Below, piece by piece: positions 53,767 to 63,021 of a stretch of 64,000 bases of DNA. The notes beneath the pieces are model-generated. The model made no database searches and was not told the origin of the DNA. It saw only the letters and a list, made by a program, of their open reading frames with translations. The translations under genes and the position numbers were made by a program. Each line of letters begins with the position of its first letter. Position 1 is the stretch's first letter. This DNA is from Candidatus Daviesbacteria bacterium (GTDB taxonomy: Bacteria > Patescibacteriota > Microgenomatia > Daviesbacterales > UBA10151): NCBI GenBank assembly GCA_016432425.1, contig CP066688.1, forward strand, positions 514,619-578,618. Direction: 5' to 3'.

Positions 53767-54624
53767 ATGCTTTATCTAGTTATCTTTATTCTTTATATTA
53801 TAGCCATGACCGGAGTAATGATCTGGCAGGGCATTGGCATTGCCCCGGACCGTTATGCCATGATTTTGCTAGTGGGAAGCTTGCTGATTAAGCGGACCAG
53901 GCAGTTTTTGATGGATTGGATTCCCTTCCTCTTTATTTTAATTGCCTATGATTTCCTGCGGGGTTTTTCCGATAATTTAAATTTACGGGTCCATATCAAC
54001 GAGCTGATCAGTTGGGAAAAAACTATTTTTGGCGCAGTTCCCACCCAAGCTCTGCAGGAGAAATTTTTCCAATTAGGATCCCTGCAGTGGTATGATTACC
54101 TAGCCACCGTGTTTTATTTCCTCCACTTTGCCCTGCCTTTGGCTTTTGGCTATCTGTTGTGGCTTAAAAGCCGGGTTAAATTTAGGCAATTTATTTTAGC
54201 CCTGCTGCTGATGTCCTATGCCGCTTGGATTTCCTTTTTAGTTTATCCGGCCGCTCCGCCTTGGTATGCTCATGACCAAGGGTATTTGCCCCAAATAACT
54301 AAAATTTTGGACCAGACCCTGGCTGCTTTTCCGGAAAAAATTGCCTTACCCACTGTTTATCATCAACTCAATCCTAACCAAGTCGCCGCTATTCCTTCCA
54401 TGCATGCCGGATATCCGACTTTGGTATTTTTATTTAGTTTAAGTTTTTTTGGGTTGCGGGCACTGATATTTTTGCCTTATATGGTAGCTGTTTTTCTCTC
54501 TACAGTTTATCTGGGAGAACATTATGTAATTGATCTGCTGTTTGGGATGGTTTATGCCTTAGGATTCTTCTTCCTGGGGAAGCTAGTATTGTTTAAAAAA
54601 ATTAAATATTTTAAAGCTACTTAA
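53767..54624 (+). CDS. PAP2-superfamily (IPC-synthase/aureobasidin-resistance-like PAP2_3) integral membrane protein.
   Basis: Six TM helices. C-terminal PAP2-like motifs (...SMHAGY ... GEHYVIDLLFG). Confidence 0.55.
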   Translation: MLYLVIFILYIIAMTGVMIWQGIGIAPDRYAMILLVGSLLIKRTRQFLMDWIPFLFILIAYDFLRGFSDNLNLRVHINELISWEKTIFGAVPTQALQEKFFQLGSLQWYDYLATVFYFLHFALPLAFGYLLWLKSRVKFRQFILALLLMSYAAWISFLVYPAAPPWYAHDQGYLPQITKILDQTLAAFPEKIALPTVYHQLNPNQVAAIPSMHAGYPTLVFLFSLSFFGLRALIFLPYMVAVFLSTVYLGEHYVIDLLFGMVYALGFFFLGKLVLFKKIKYFKAT

Positions 54625-54715
54625 GAACCTTGCGGCTTAAGCTTTAAAGATAATTCCTCCCTACGCTAGCCGTTAACTTAAAAGTTTTCTTCCCACAATT
54701 TAGGTGGGAATCCTG

Positions 54716-54739
54716 ATCAAATAACCACGGTTATTTGAT
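54716..54739. repeat. Near-perfect 24-bp palindrome ATCAAATAACCacGGTTATTTGAT (11-bp arms) in the 328-bp intergenic region downstream of the PAP2 gene. A second hairpin CCCAC-aattta-GGTGGG lies at 54693..54709.
   Basis: Direct reading. Function unknown (terminator or protein-binding site). Confidence 0.3.
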
Positions 54740-54952
54740 ACTTTGGATTGACCCTCAAAGAGTCAAATAGCGAAGAAAAATGCTTAAGTTTTGAACGAAC
54801 TAAGTAGGGCAAACCCTAACTTGGGCAGTTCCTTGATCATTTATTGCGTAGCAAAAACTACTTCATTAAACGATCTTAGAACAGCCTTATTATCCAAAAA
54901 AAGATAAAAAAAGTCAAGTCGGACAAACTATATCAACTCTGCCTAAGGAGTA

Positions 54953-55576
54953 TTAAAGGCCCAGTAATTTCAGCAGGGTGGAGACAACAAACCCCAGGAT
55001 TAATTGGGGAATGCCGGTTACCAAAAGGAGAATTAAAATAATAAAACCTTGCTGTTCCAAACGTCCAAATGTCCTGGCCAAATTATAAGGTAATTGAGAC
55101 AGTAAAATCTTTGATCCGTCAAGGGGTGGAATGGGAAAAAAGTTAAACACCCCTAACACTAAATTAATAGTGACTGTAAACTTAAGCAATTCTGCCAAAA
55201 GGGCAGGAAAAGTTTGAGGTAAGATATTGAGGATATGGTAGGTAGTAGCTGCCCCAGCGGCTAGGGCAAAATTTGCCGCAATTCCGGCTGCTGAGACAAA
55301 AAGCTCCCCTTTTCTTAAGTTGGAAAAATTTAAGGGGTTGACCGGAACTGGTTTGGCCCAACCCAGTAAAAAGGGAGAGCCGGAAATAATTAGCAGGGTT
55401 GGCAAAAGAACTGTACCGATAGGGTCAATATGAGGGATGGGGTTGAGGGTGAGCCGGCCCATTCTTTGGGCAGTACTATCTCCAAACTGCAGGGCCACCC
55501 AGCCATGCATGACCTCATGGAGAATGACTGAAAAAAGCAGTATGACTAATGAGAAAGCTAGAAATTCCGGGTTCAT
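54953..55576 (-). CDS. Small M50-family (site-2-protease-like) zinc metalloprotease. The ORF extends to 55663, but the Met at 55576 (MNPEFLAF...) avoids overlap with rpmB.
   Basis: HEVMHG (HExxH) in a TM helix, multiple TMs, downstream LDG motif region (PPLDGSKIL). Confidence 0.65.
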   Translation of the reverse strand: MNPEFLAFSLVILLFSVILHEVMHGWVALQFGDSTAQRMGRLTLNPIPHIDPIGTVLLPTLLIISGSPFLLGWAKPVPVNPLNFSNLRKGELFVSAAGIAANFALAAGAATTYHILNILPQTFPALLAELLKFTVTINLVLGVFNFFPIPPLDGSKILLSQLPYNLARTFGRLEQQGFIILILLLVTGIPQLILGFVVSTLLKLLGL

Positions 55577-55604
55577 TATGATATAGTGTACCATATAAAA
55601 CATT

Positions 55605-55841
55605 ATGTTAATCTGTAATCGTTGTGGCAAAGGTAAAAATGTGCAAGCCTTTAGCAGGCACAAGAAAGGTTCCTCCGGTGGTGGAGGAGTCTGGTCTTTA
55701 CGTGCTCCAATTTCCAGAAAAGTTCAAAAACCAAATTTACATGTTTTTAAAGGTAAAAAATATTGCACTAAGTGCTTAAGGATTGTAAAGGCTTCAATTA
55801 AACCTTCAGCGATAGTCGCGTCAGTCTCAGTTGTAAGCTAA
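55605..55841 (+). CDS. rpmB: Ribosomal protein bL28 (zinc-binding type).
   Basis: CNRCGKGKNVQAFSRHKKGS...PNLHVFKGKKYCTKCLR. CxxC...CxxC with the L28 consensus (SH...K.R.F.PNL). A TATAAA box lies 5 nt before the ATG. Confidence 0.7.
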   Translation: MLICNRCGKGKNVQAFSRHKKGSSGGGGVWSLRAPISRKVQKPNLHVFKGKKYCTKCLRIVKASIKPSAIVASVSVVS

Positions 55842-55868
55842 AACTTATTGTGCTACTCTTTATCCTAA

Positions 55869-57752
55869 ATGTTAGATAGACGGGAAGTATTACCTGCTCA
55901 AAAAGAAACCCAATCTCCGGTTTGGTCAGGTAACCGTGCCCAAAGACGCAAGAATAAGGATTGGCGACCCTTTGCACAATCAGCATTGGTAGGGCAATAC
56001 AACCGCTTTGAACATTCGATAGCTGAGACTGTCGGGAGATGGAATCAGGTAGTTGGTGGGCATGATAATAATTTGACAAAGGCTTTATACCAGGGTGAAC
56101 CCTTTATAGGGCGCTGGCTGGAGGTAAGAAGAAAACTCCCCTTTTTTCTTGAACAAGCACAGCTAAAAAATCTGGATCCCGCTAATCGGTTTGTTTCAAC
56201 CGCGACCTTAAACAGATTTGATGAACAGGATTATTATTCCAGGGAATTAGGCGTTCCCAGCTTCCTGGGAGTGCCTCTTTCAACAGGCACCTCGCTGTTT
56301 GATATTGAACAGATGCCTTTATTAAAATCAACCTCTGATGGAAGAGAACGTTTTCAACTTCAAGCAGTAGATATTCAAAGAATTAACGGGATGTTTCATG
56401 AAGGCCAATCAAGAAGACCAGGCAGGGATACTTCGGTGGTTCTTTTGAGCATGATATATCTTGCCTCCCAAGAATTTGCCAGGCCGGATGAAAAAACGCC
56501 TCTGCCTCAAAGTTTGCATCCTCTGCGGGACAGGCTGGTGGCATATTTTGATTATTATCAGGATTTAATGACCAGTTTCGGTTTCAGTTTAAAAGATGAA
56601 TATTCTTTTCTGGGAGCTTTACAGTATACCAAACCGTGGTTGCCTCACGCCCTAGGTATGTTTATGCCTGCGCGTTTAGGGATAACTCCAGCCTCGGCTG
56701 TCAAACTTTTTCAAACCCGTTCGGAACTTTCTTCATCCCCACTCTTTTGGCGGACTAGTGGAATATTAAAAACTTTGGAATTGAGCGCAGCAGATGCTCA
56801 CAGAGAGAAAAATTTACCTACGAATTTACAAAGATATCAGGATTATGATAGAGATACTGATAACGAAGCATTGAGGCAACTGTGGCAATTCTACGGTGGA
56901 GCTGATCTATCAGAGCAAGAATTAGCCAGAGTTTATACTGATTCAACAAATTTATTGGATAAATTAATAGATTTATACTTTAAGGATGTATATTCTGATA
57001 TTATGCGTTCACCCCAAAGGCAGTTAAAGCTTGCCATGCCACAAGATCATTTAATAAAAGAGGTGACTTTGACTTGTCAAAATAAACAAGTATTGATTTT
57101 TATTTTACATTTTGCTGATGGTAAAACTCATCTAACCTTAGAACTTAGCCAAGGTGATAAATTTTACGGTATGCCTGCTAAAGCAGTGAAAGATAACCCT
57201 CATTTTATCTCATTTATTTTTGCAGATATTCTTCCTCCTGTGCTAGAAGCAGCCAAAAAAAGACACCCCGACAGGGAGCCTATCAGGTTGTCTGATTACC
57301 GCAGAACAGAGCCACTAATGGTTCAGACCGTTGTTTTTGATCAACTGCCGACACCATCGGTAGAATTGCCGGTGCCAAAAAGAGTCCGTAGCAGACCAAG
57401 GAGGTTGCTGACTCCGTTAGCTCAATATTTGAGCGGACCTAAACCGGTTGATCATCAAGATTCTCCCGAGTTTAAATATTCGGTAATACATTCTAAAGCT
57501 TTAGTAGAAGAGAAGATGGGGCGCGGGGCAAGACCTAATGATGTTGAGAGAGTAATGGAGCATATCAGGAGATTTGAATTAGGATTTACACCGATTAAGA
57601 TGATTGATTGGTCGGAAGGCAAGAGAGTGGTTGGCAGGGTGGGAGATTTGAGGATAGTTTATAACCACTTAGGCAATGGGGTTTATGCCTTAGAAGCTAT
57701 TGGTGATAGGGAATATATTTATAAGCATTATGGTGATTATAAAGTTGATTAA
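55869..57752 (+). CDS. Hypothetical cytoplasmic protein (627 aa). The C-terminal ~80 aa show weak RelE/ParE-toxin-like features.
   Basis: Clean long ORF. C-terminus ...KRVVGRVGDLRIVYNHLGNGVYALEAIGDREYIY resembles the RelE/ParE beta-sheet core (G.YRiiY....v.vl.ig.R..iY). Similarity judged by eye only. Confidence 0.6.
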   Translation: MLDRREVLPAQKETQSPVWSGNRAQRRKNKDWRPFAQSALVGQYNRFEHSIAETVGRWNQVVGGHDNNLTKALYQGEPFIGRWLEVRRKLPFFLEQAQLKNLDPANRFVSTATLNRFDEQDYYSRELGVPSFLGVPLSTGTSLFDIEQMPLLKSTSDGRERFQLQAVDIQRINGMFHEGQSRRPGRDTSVVLLSMIYLASQEFARPDEKTPLPQSLHPLRDRLVAYFDYYQDLMTSFGFSLKDEYSFLGALQYTKPWLPHALGMFMPARLGITPASAVKLFQTRSELSSSPLFWRTSGILKTLELSAADAHREKNLPTNLQRYQDYDRDTDNEALRQLWQFYGGADLSEQELARVYTDSTNLLDKLIDLYFKDVYSDIMRSPQRQLKLAMPQDHLIKEVTLTCQNKQVLIFILHFADGKTHLTLELSQGDKFYGMPAKAVKDNPHFISFIFADILPPVLEAAKKRHPDREPIRLSDYRRTEPLMVQTVVFDQLPTPSVELPVPKRVRSRPRRLLTPLAQYLSGPKPVDHQDSPEFKYSVIHSKALVEEKMGRGARPNDVERVMEHIRRFELGFTPIKMIDWSEGKRVVGRVGDLRIVYNHLGNGVYALEAIGDREYIYKHYGDYKVD

Positions 57753-57765
57753 ATTTGTGGGGGTA

Positions 57766-58254
57766 TTAAAAATGTCTGTTGAGTATAATAGTAATATAAT
57801 AGTCTATAATCTGGTGAATAGTCACTAAATCTAACTGGTTGTTTTCCTCTAGGGCAAACAGCCTGCTGGCAATTGCTTCTTTATCAGCCAATGGTGATTT
57901 GATGATACATTCCAAATGCCGCTGTTCAGACAAGTATTGAGGATAGATAGCTCTATTTAAGAAGTATAGTTTAAAGCCGATGATTCGAAAGGGAATTTGG
58001 TCTATTGAATGTAGAGCGTAAGCTTGATTAGCGAAGGAGATATCTCCCGGCGGCAAAATTCTAAGAGAAGGAAATTGACTTACTATATCTAACATGCGGG
58101 CATGGGAATCTTTACCACCCCAGGCGGACTCTAGTCTAAGAGTGCTGATAGCTCGGTCATCAAACCGGGGTAGAAGAAGCAATTTGCGTTCCTCATTTGG
58201 TGGTTTTTCCAGATAAAAACCTCCGTTTTGAGGGGTCCACAACTCATGATTCAT
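57766..58254 (-). CDS. Hypothetical protein (162 aa), last gene of the def-fmt operon.
   Basis: ORF 15 nt downstream of the 287-aa gene, same strand. No recognisable domain. Confidence 0.5.
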   Translation of the reverse strand: MNHELWTPQNGGFYLEKPPNEERKLLLLPRFDDRAISTLRLESAWGGKDSHARMLDIVSQFPSLRILPPGDISFANQAYALHSIDQIPFRIIGFKLYFLNRAIYPQYLSEQRHLECIIKSPLADKEAIASRLFALEENNQLDLVTIHQIIDYYITIILNRHF

Positions 58255-58269
58255 GGGCAGGTTACTTTA

Positions 58270-59133
58270 TCATCCGCTGACTTTTTCGCTGCTGTCTTCT
58301 AATCTACCAAAATATTTCACCATCTTAGATAAAGCCGGGGTAGTTAAAGAGCCATTTTTAATATGTTCTAAGAGTTGCTGGTGAAGTTGTTCAAAAGTAG
58401 GCAGATTAATAGCCAGTCCAGCCCACATACTAACGAAATTGTGAGCGTGTGGCATAGTTAGAAGTAGATATGGGTTAGTGGTTAGTTGTAGTTCTCCCAC
58501 AGTTGCTTCAAAGAAAATTGATTGATCCGCTATCATTAACCTAAAGCGGAGTGGGGTATTAGGAACTGTATGCAATTTACCGTCAGAGCTGATTTCAGAT
58601 AAGCCTTGAGTTAGGGAAGGTGCTAGCTGATATCCGGTAGAATCAAATTTGAAGATAGGATGAGGGGGAGAGGTTGGATTTTGAAACATCAACTTGACTC
58701 CTTCTGGTGTTATTACACAATGAGGAAAACCAGAGAATATATCAAGTTGTGCATTAGCCTGGCTATCAGGGTTTAATTCATCCAGTGAGGCTTGGATAAT
58801 TTGAGGCATCCTATGTTCAGTCAGAGTGGGGGCCAGCGAGATTTGGTAATCAGTGACTGTATTTGAGCCATCTGCAAAAAAAGTTAAATAGTATCCTCCA
58901 CTTAAAATTGGCTGTTTTCCACCCAGAACTGATCTGCTTTGAGGAGTTTCTTCCTGCTCTATTTTTCTGCCAACCGTGTCAACTAATGGTGACTCACTGC
59001 GTGGCCGTATTACAAAGTATTCATTATGCTCTTCTAACTCTGAGTTTAAAAGAAGAGGACTCCAAAAAGAGGGTCGGGGAGCATCTTGGGCAAATTTTAA
59101 AATAGGTATAAGGCGGTGTTCTTGGTTTTCCAT
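58270..59133 (-). CDS. Hypothetical protein (287 aa), co-oriented 21 nt downstream of fmt.
   Basis: Clean ORF. No recognisable domain. Confidence 0.55.
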   Translation of the reverse strand: MENQEHRLIPILKFAQDAPRPSFWSPLLLNSELEEHNEYFVIRPRSESPLVDTVGRKIEQEETPQSRSVLGGKQPILSGGYYLTFFADGSNTVTDYQISLAPTLTEHRMPQIIQASLDELNPDSQANAQLDIFSGFPHCVITPEGVKLMFQNPTSPPHPIFKFDSTGYQLAPSLTQGLSEISSDGKLHTVPNTPLRFRLMIADQSIFFEATVGELQLTTNPYLLLTMPHAHNFVSMWAGLAINLPTFEQLHQQLLEHIKNGSLTTPALSKMVKYFGRLEDSSEKVSG

Positions 59134-59154
59134 TTTGGTTGGATTATATGCCTT

Positions 59155-59973
59155 TTAATTTTTAGCTGCAATAAGGGGAAAGTCTGGGTAGCCATTGAGA
59201 AAATCTTTGATAGAGACAGGTTTTTTGCCTTCCATCTGAATTCTATTCTCTGGTAAAAACTTGACAATTTTCCCTTCCCATTTTGTCCAAACTCCCGGCC
59301 AGGGATGATAGGCTCTAATCATTCGGTTTAAACTTTTCTGATCCACAGGGTTATTAATATCAAAATACCCGTCTTCTTTTTTGATTAATTTACAAAAAGT
59401 AGCCTGGGAATGATCTTGTTCTACTGAAGTAATTTTCCCGGCCAAAAACTGGGGGATAATATCAACCAAAAGCTTTACTCCTTCTTGAAACAATTTTGTA
59501 ATCAAAGTAGAAAAATCTTCTTGTCCGGACAAGATAATCTGCTTTGTTGAAATGATTGGTCCGTGATCCATTTTTTCATCCATTTTGATGATGGTAACTC
59601 CGGTTTTTTTGTCTCCGGCTAAAATGGTGGCAGGAACCGGGGAAGCCCCGCGATATTTGGGCAGCAGTGACGGATGGACATTTAAAGACCCAAATTGAGG
59701 GATATCCAATAAACTTTGAGGTAAAATTTTGCCATAAGAGGCGACCACAAACAAATCAGCAGTTAGTAATGAGTAGTTAGCGGCTGTAAAAGTCTCATCT
59801 AATTTATCAGGGGTTAAAGTAGGGATGCCTAATTTTGCCGCTACTTTGGCTGTGGCAGAATCTATTGCTGTTACTACTGCCTGGACAGTAAAATTTTCCT
59901 CCAAAACCTGCAGGACTGGAATAACAAAGCTATCACTACCAAAAAAGACAATGGTGGTTTTTTCTGATGACAT
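59155..59973 (-). CDS. fmt: Methionyl-tRNA formyltransferase (short form).
   Basis: N-terminal formyl-transferase domain (IVFFGSDSFVIPVLQ... SLLPKYRGASPV...) immediately downstream of def. Start overlaps the def stop. Confidence 0.8.
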   Translation of the reverse strand: MSSEKTTIVFFGSDSFVIPVLQVLEENFTVQAVVTAIDSATAKVAAKLGIPTLTPDKLDETFTAANYSLLTADLFVVASYGKILPQSLLDIPQFGSLNVHPSLLPKYRGASPVPATILAGDKKTGVTIIKMDEKMDHGPIISTKQIILSGQEDFSTLITKLFQEGVKLLVDIIPQFLAGKITSVEQDHSQATFCKLIKKEDGYFDINNPVDQKSLNRMIRAYHPWPGVWTKWEGKIVKFLPENRIQMEGKKPVSIKDFLNGYPDFPLIAAKN

Positions 59974-60503
59974 TACAATGTTACCTCCTCAAAGATATCC
60001 TCATTGGTTTTAGGGTCTTTGCCGGTGAATTTAAAAAACCGTCCCCCTTGTTCTAAAACCCGGTCCGGAAAGAGTTTTCCTTCCAAATGGTCCATTTCAT
60101 GCTGGAAAATCCAGGCTGGGATTCCTTTTAGGGTTTTAGTAACAATTTGCCCAGTTTCATCCATGTAGCTAACTTTAATTTGAGTAGCCCGCTGGACCTG
60201 CCCCCAATAATTAGGAATAGACAAACACCCTTCAAAATATTTTTTAGTCCTTTTACCCCAAAAAAAGATTTTAGGGTTAATAAAAGCTTGGAATTTTTGA
60301 CCATTTTTGGCCACAAAAAACCGCTCTTTTAAACCAATTTGAGTGGAGGCCAGCCCCACCCCTTCCGGGTCATGAAAAGATCTTGTCAATTTGACCATTT
60401 GTTTTAAAGTGGTCAGCAATGAAGGCCCCACCTTTTTAACAGGTTTAGTCTTGGCCCTTAAAACTTCATTTGGCGCTTTAACAACTTTCATATATGTGGG
60501 CAT
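59973..60503 (-). CDS. def: Peptide deformylase.
   Basis: Motifs GVGLASTQIG, EGCLSIP, HEMDHL. Confidence 0.9.
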   Translation of the reverse strand: MPTYMKVVKAPNEVLRAKTKPVKKVGPSLLTTLKQMVKLTRSFHDPEGVGLASTQIGLKERFFVAKNGQKFQAFINPKIFFWGKRTKKYFEGCLSIPNYWGQVQRATQIKVSYMDETGQIVTKTLKGIPAWIFQHEMDHLEGKLFPDRVLEQGGRFFKFTGKDPKTNEDIFEEVTL

Positions 60504-60530
60504 TGTAGCAAAAAAATTGGCTTTTTGCTT

Positions 60531-60797
60531 CTAAATGAGATTTTGTTTAAGTTGTTGCAGTTTCCACATAAAGACTCTGGCTTTGTTTTTAGCTCCATAA
60601 TAATCCTTGGTATAGTTGAGCGCTTCCTCCAGCAGCCCTCTGGGTAGTTCTTTAGCTAATTTAATATAAAAGGAATAATGTTTGGTGTCCTGCAAAGTTT
60701 CTGCCAGATAGACCCCATAAACTTGGAATTCCCGGGAAAGGTTTTTGGGCCGGTCTTTAAATTTAGTTTCCGCAATAACTTTCGCTAAAGATTTCAT
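60531..60797 (-). CDS. Small hypothetical protein. The ORF opens at 60830, but the Met at 60797 gives an ATGA overlap with the upstream gene.
   Basis: ATG (complement 60795-60797) overlaps TGA (complement 60794-60796) of the 722-aa gene. Confidence 0.45.
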   Translation of the reverse strand: MKSLAKVIAETKFKDRPKNLSREFQVYGVYLAETLQDTKHYSFYIKLAKELPRGLLEEALNYTKDYYGAKNKARVFMWKLQQLKQNLI

Positions 60798-62962
60798 TTT
60801 GACTCGGGCACTATTCCTTTTTTGCCCCAATCATTTAAATAAGACAAGGCTTCTGGGTCATTGGGAACAAGACGTAAAACTTTATTCATGTTCTCGACCG
60901 CTGCCGGATAATTTTTTTGGTCAAAGTAAAAAAGCCCTAAGGCAACATAAGCTTCCCGGTAGTTATTTTTTAACTGTATTGCTTGTTGGAGGTTTTTAAT
61001 AGCCTCCTCCTGTTTATCATCTTGGCCCAAAATAATGGCTTTATTATATAAAAGTTTGGGGTCACTGGGAGATAGTTTGATAGTTTGATCTAAGGCAGTC
61101 AAGGCTTGATTAGTAAAAGTTGGATCAAAGGTAGAAAGGAGATAGAAAGTGCGGATAGCAGTTCGGTAAAAAGAGACATTTCTGGGGTGTTCCCGTAAGA
61201 TCGTTTCCGTAGTAGTAACAGCCTGATTTTTTAGCTGTCCGGAAAGGGTGGCATCAGTGTCTTTTAATCCCACTGCCACTGCTGCGGCAGCATAACCTAA
61301 TTCTGACCTAAAAAAAGGCTCAAGCGGATTTAAAATGGCGGCCTCAGAGATAGTGGTATAAGCTTGGGTAATTTCTCCCAGATCAGTAAATTTTTCTCCC
61401 TGGGCAAACAGGGTGTCAGTGTACCAGTATTTTAAAACAGTAAAAAATAAGAAAATGCTAATTAAAATTAACAGCGGTGAGGCTATCTTACTGGTCAACC
61501 CCAATTTAATCGGGGTCAAGAATTGTTTTAAGAGCGCAATTTGCAAAAACCGGGGGAGCTTACTAAATTTAAGGTCCTCTACTGCTAAAATGGCTAAAGC
61601 CGGAAAGAGGTAGAAAAAGAGGGCGATCACTACCACTGAAAAGCCTACCAAATTTTGGACAAGATAAGAGGTGTATGATGCAGTTATAGCAATAATTAGC
61701 AATTTTTCTTCTGTATGTGTTTTAGAATTTTCAATTTTCAATTTTAAATTTAAAATTTTACTTAAAGACCATGCTATAAATGTTAAAACCACTGTGGAGT
61801 ATGTTAGAAAACCGACTAGTCCTGTGGTAGCTAAATAATTAAGATATTCATTGTGGGCTTTGTTGTAGAGAAAATCCCATTCCGAAACTAAATTATGGGC
61901 TGGGGGACGGAACTGGTAATAAATATAAGCAAAAGTTTCTACTCCTGAACCAAACAAGGGATAGTGTTTGAAAATATCCACCGCCCCCTGCCAAACAATT
62001 AACCTGATTTTGCCTGACTCAGTCCCCCCATTTTCCAGTTGGGTTAATTGAGCCGAGCTGTTGGCTTGGGTAGTAGTAGGAGTGGTAGTTGGTGATAAAA
62101 ATTGGGAAAGTTGGAAACGAGTGATAGCTGAACCAAAAACTAAATTAATGAGCAGAAAAACTAGTAATACTATGAGTAGCGGTTTAATAGTGATTAGTTT
62201 GCCGCCTCCACCCTTGGGGTGGAAAGCTAAAATTAAGGGTGCGAAAAATACCGCCAGCCCGATTAAAAATCCCAAGGTGGCCCCCCGGGAATAGGTAAAA
62301 GTAAAAGCTAAATACATGATCATAACTGATATGTAATAGGTGATCCGTGCTTTTTTATTTTTGGCTGTTAATAAAAAGTATAGTGCCGGGAAAATTAACA
62401 TTGACAAGTATGAGGCCAACCAATTCGGTTGGCCCAGCGTGGCAAAAACCCGAGCCTCTACATCCTGGACCCAGCAACTGGCATTAAACTGCCCATGCAA
62501 AATAATACAAGAAGGAGAAACCCCAAAATGTTCCGGAATGGCCCACAAAGAAACCGCCAATCCTCCTGCCAGCCCTGCTTTTAAAAATTTGGGCACATCA
62601 GCTTTTGTGAAATTGCTAACCAGAGCAAAATATAATAAGAAGTAGGAGAGGATAGAGAGTAGCCCGCCGTTGGAGCGGGAGTAATAACCAAAGACAGAAG
62701 TATAAAGGTCAATGGAAAAAATAGTGGATAAAATATTAGCCCCTAAAAAGGCTAGCAAAGGAATATTTAAAGGGGTATTTTTTAAAAGCAGCTTTTTTTG
62801 AGAAATCATTTTTAGTACCCAGGCAGTGGTGATAACAATGGTTATTAGGTACACAAAAATCATTTTGTTGTACTCAAACAGTTCATAATTCAAAGGAGTC
62901 CAAATTAAGGGGGTTAAGAAAAAGAGTAGGTAGAAAGAAAAGCGGATGATTTTCTCCAACAT
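60794..62962 (-). CDS. O-antigen-ligase (Wzy_C)-like polytopic membrane protein with C-terminal TPR repeats.
   Basis: ~12 TM helices in the N-terminal 2/3. C-terminal TPR-like repeats (ALTALDQTIKLSPSDPKLLYNKAIILGQ..., AIKNLQQAIQLKNNYREAYVALGLFYF...). Confidence 0.7.
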   Translation of the reverse strand: MLEKIIRFSFYLLFFLTPLIWTPLNYELFEYNKMIFVYLITIVITTAWVLKMISQKKLLLKNTPLNIPLLAFLGANILSTIFSIDLYTSVFGYYSRSNGGLLSILSYFLLYFALVSNFTKADVPKFLKAGLAGGLAVSLWAIPEHFGVSPSCIILHGQFNASCWVQDVEARVFATLGQPNWLASYLSMLIFPALYFLLTAKNKKARITYYISVMIMYLAFTFTYSRGATLGFLIGLAVFFAPLILAFHPKGGGGKLITIKPLLIVLLVFLLINLVFGSAITRFQLSQFLSPTTTPTTTQANSSAQLTQLENGGTESGKIRLIVWQGAVDIFKHYPLFGSGVETFAYIYYQFRPPAHNLVSEWDFLYNKAHNEYLNYLATTGLVGFLTYSTVVLTFIAWSLSKILNLKLKIENSKTHTEEKLLIIAITASYTSYLVQNLVGFSVVVIALFFYLFPALAILAVEDLKFSKLPRFLQIALLKQFLTPIKLGLTSKIASPLLILISIFLFFTVLKYWYTDTLFAQGEKFTDLGEITQAYTTISEAAILNPLEPFFRSELGYAAAAVAVGLKDTDATLSGQLKNQAVTTTETILREHPRNVSFYRTAIRTFYLLSTFDPTFTNQALTALDQTIKLSPSDPKLLYNKAIILGQDDKQEEAIKNLQQAIQLKNNYREAYVALGLFYFDQKNYPAAVENMNKVLRLVPNDPEALSYLNDWGKKGIVPESK

Positions 62963-63021
62963 GAGGTGATCTTAACAAAAAATCCTTGTGAGGGGCAAGA
63001 CTACTATGTTAAACTCGCTTC

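Noticed and set aside
54625-54952. tmRNA, RNase P RNA or SRP RNA candidates in long intergenic regions.
   Set aside because: Searched by eye for hallmark motifs (GGAAGCAGCC, GAAAGTCCGG, tRNA-like GGGTTCGAATCC...CCA 3' end with a tag ORF). None found. The only 'ggttcga' matches belong to the interspersed repeats or tRNA-Pro.
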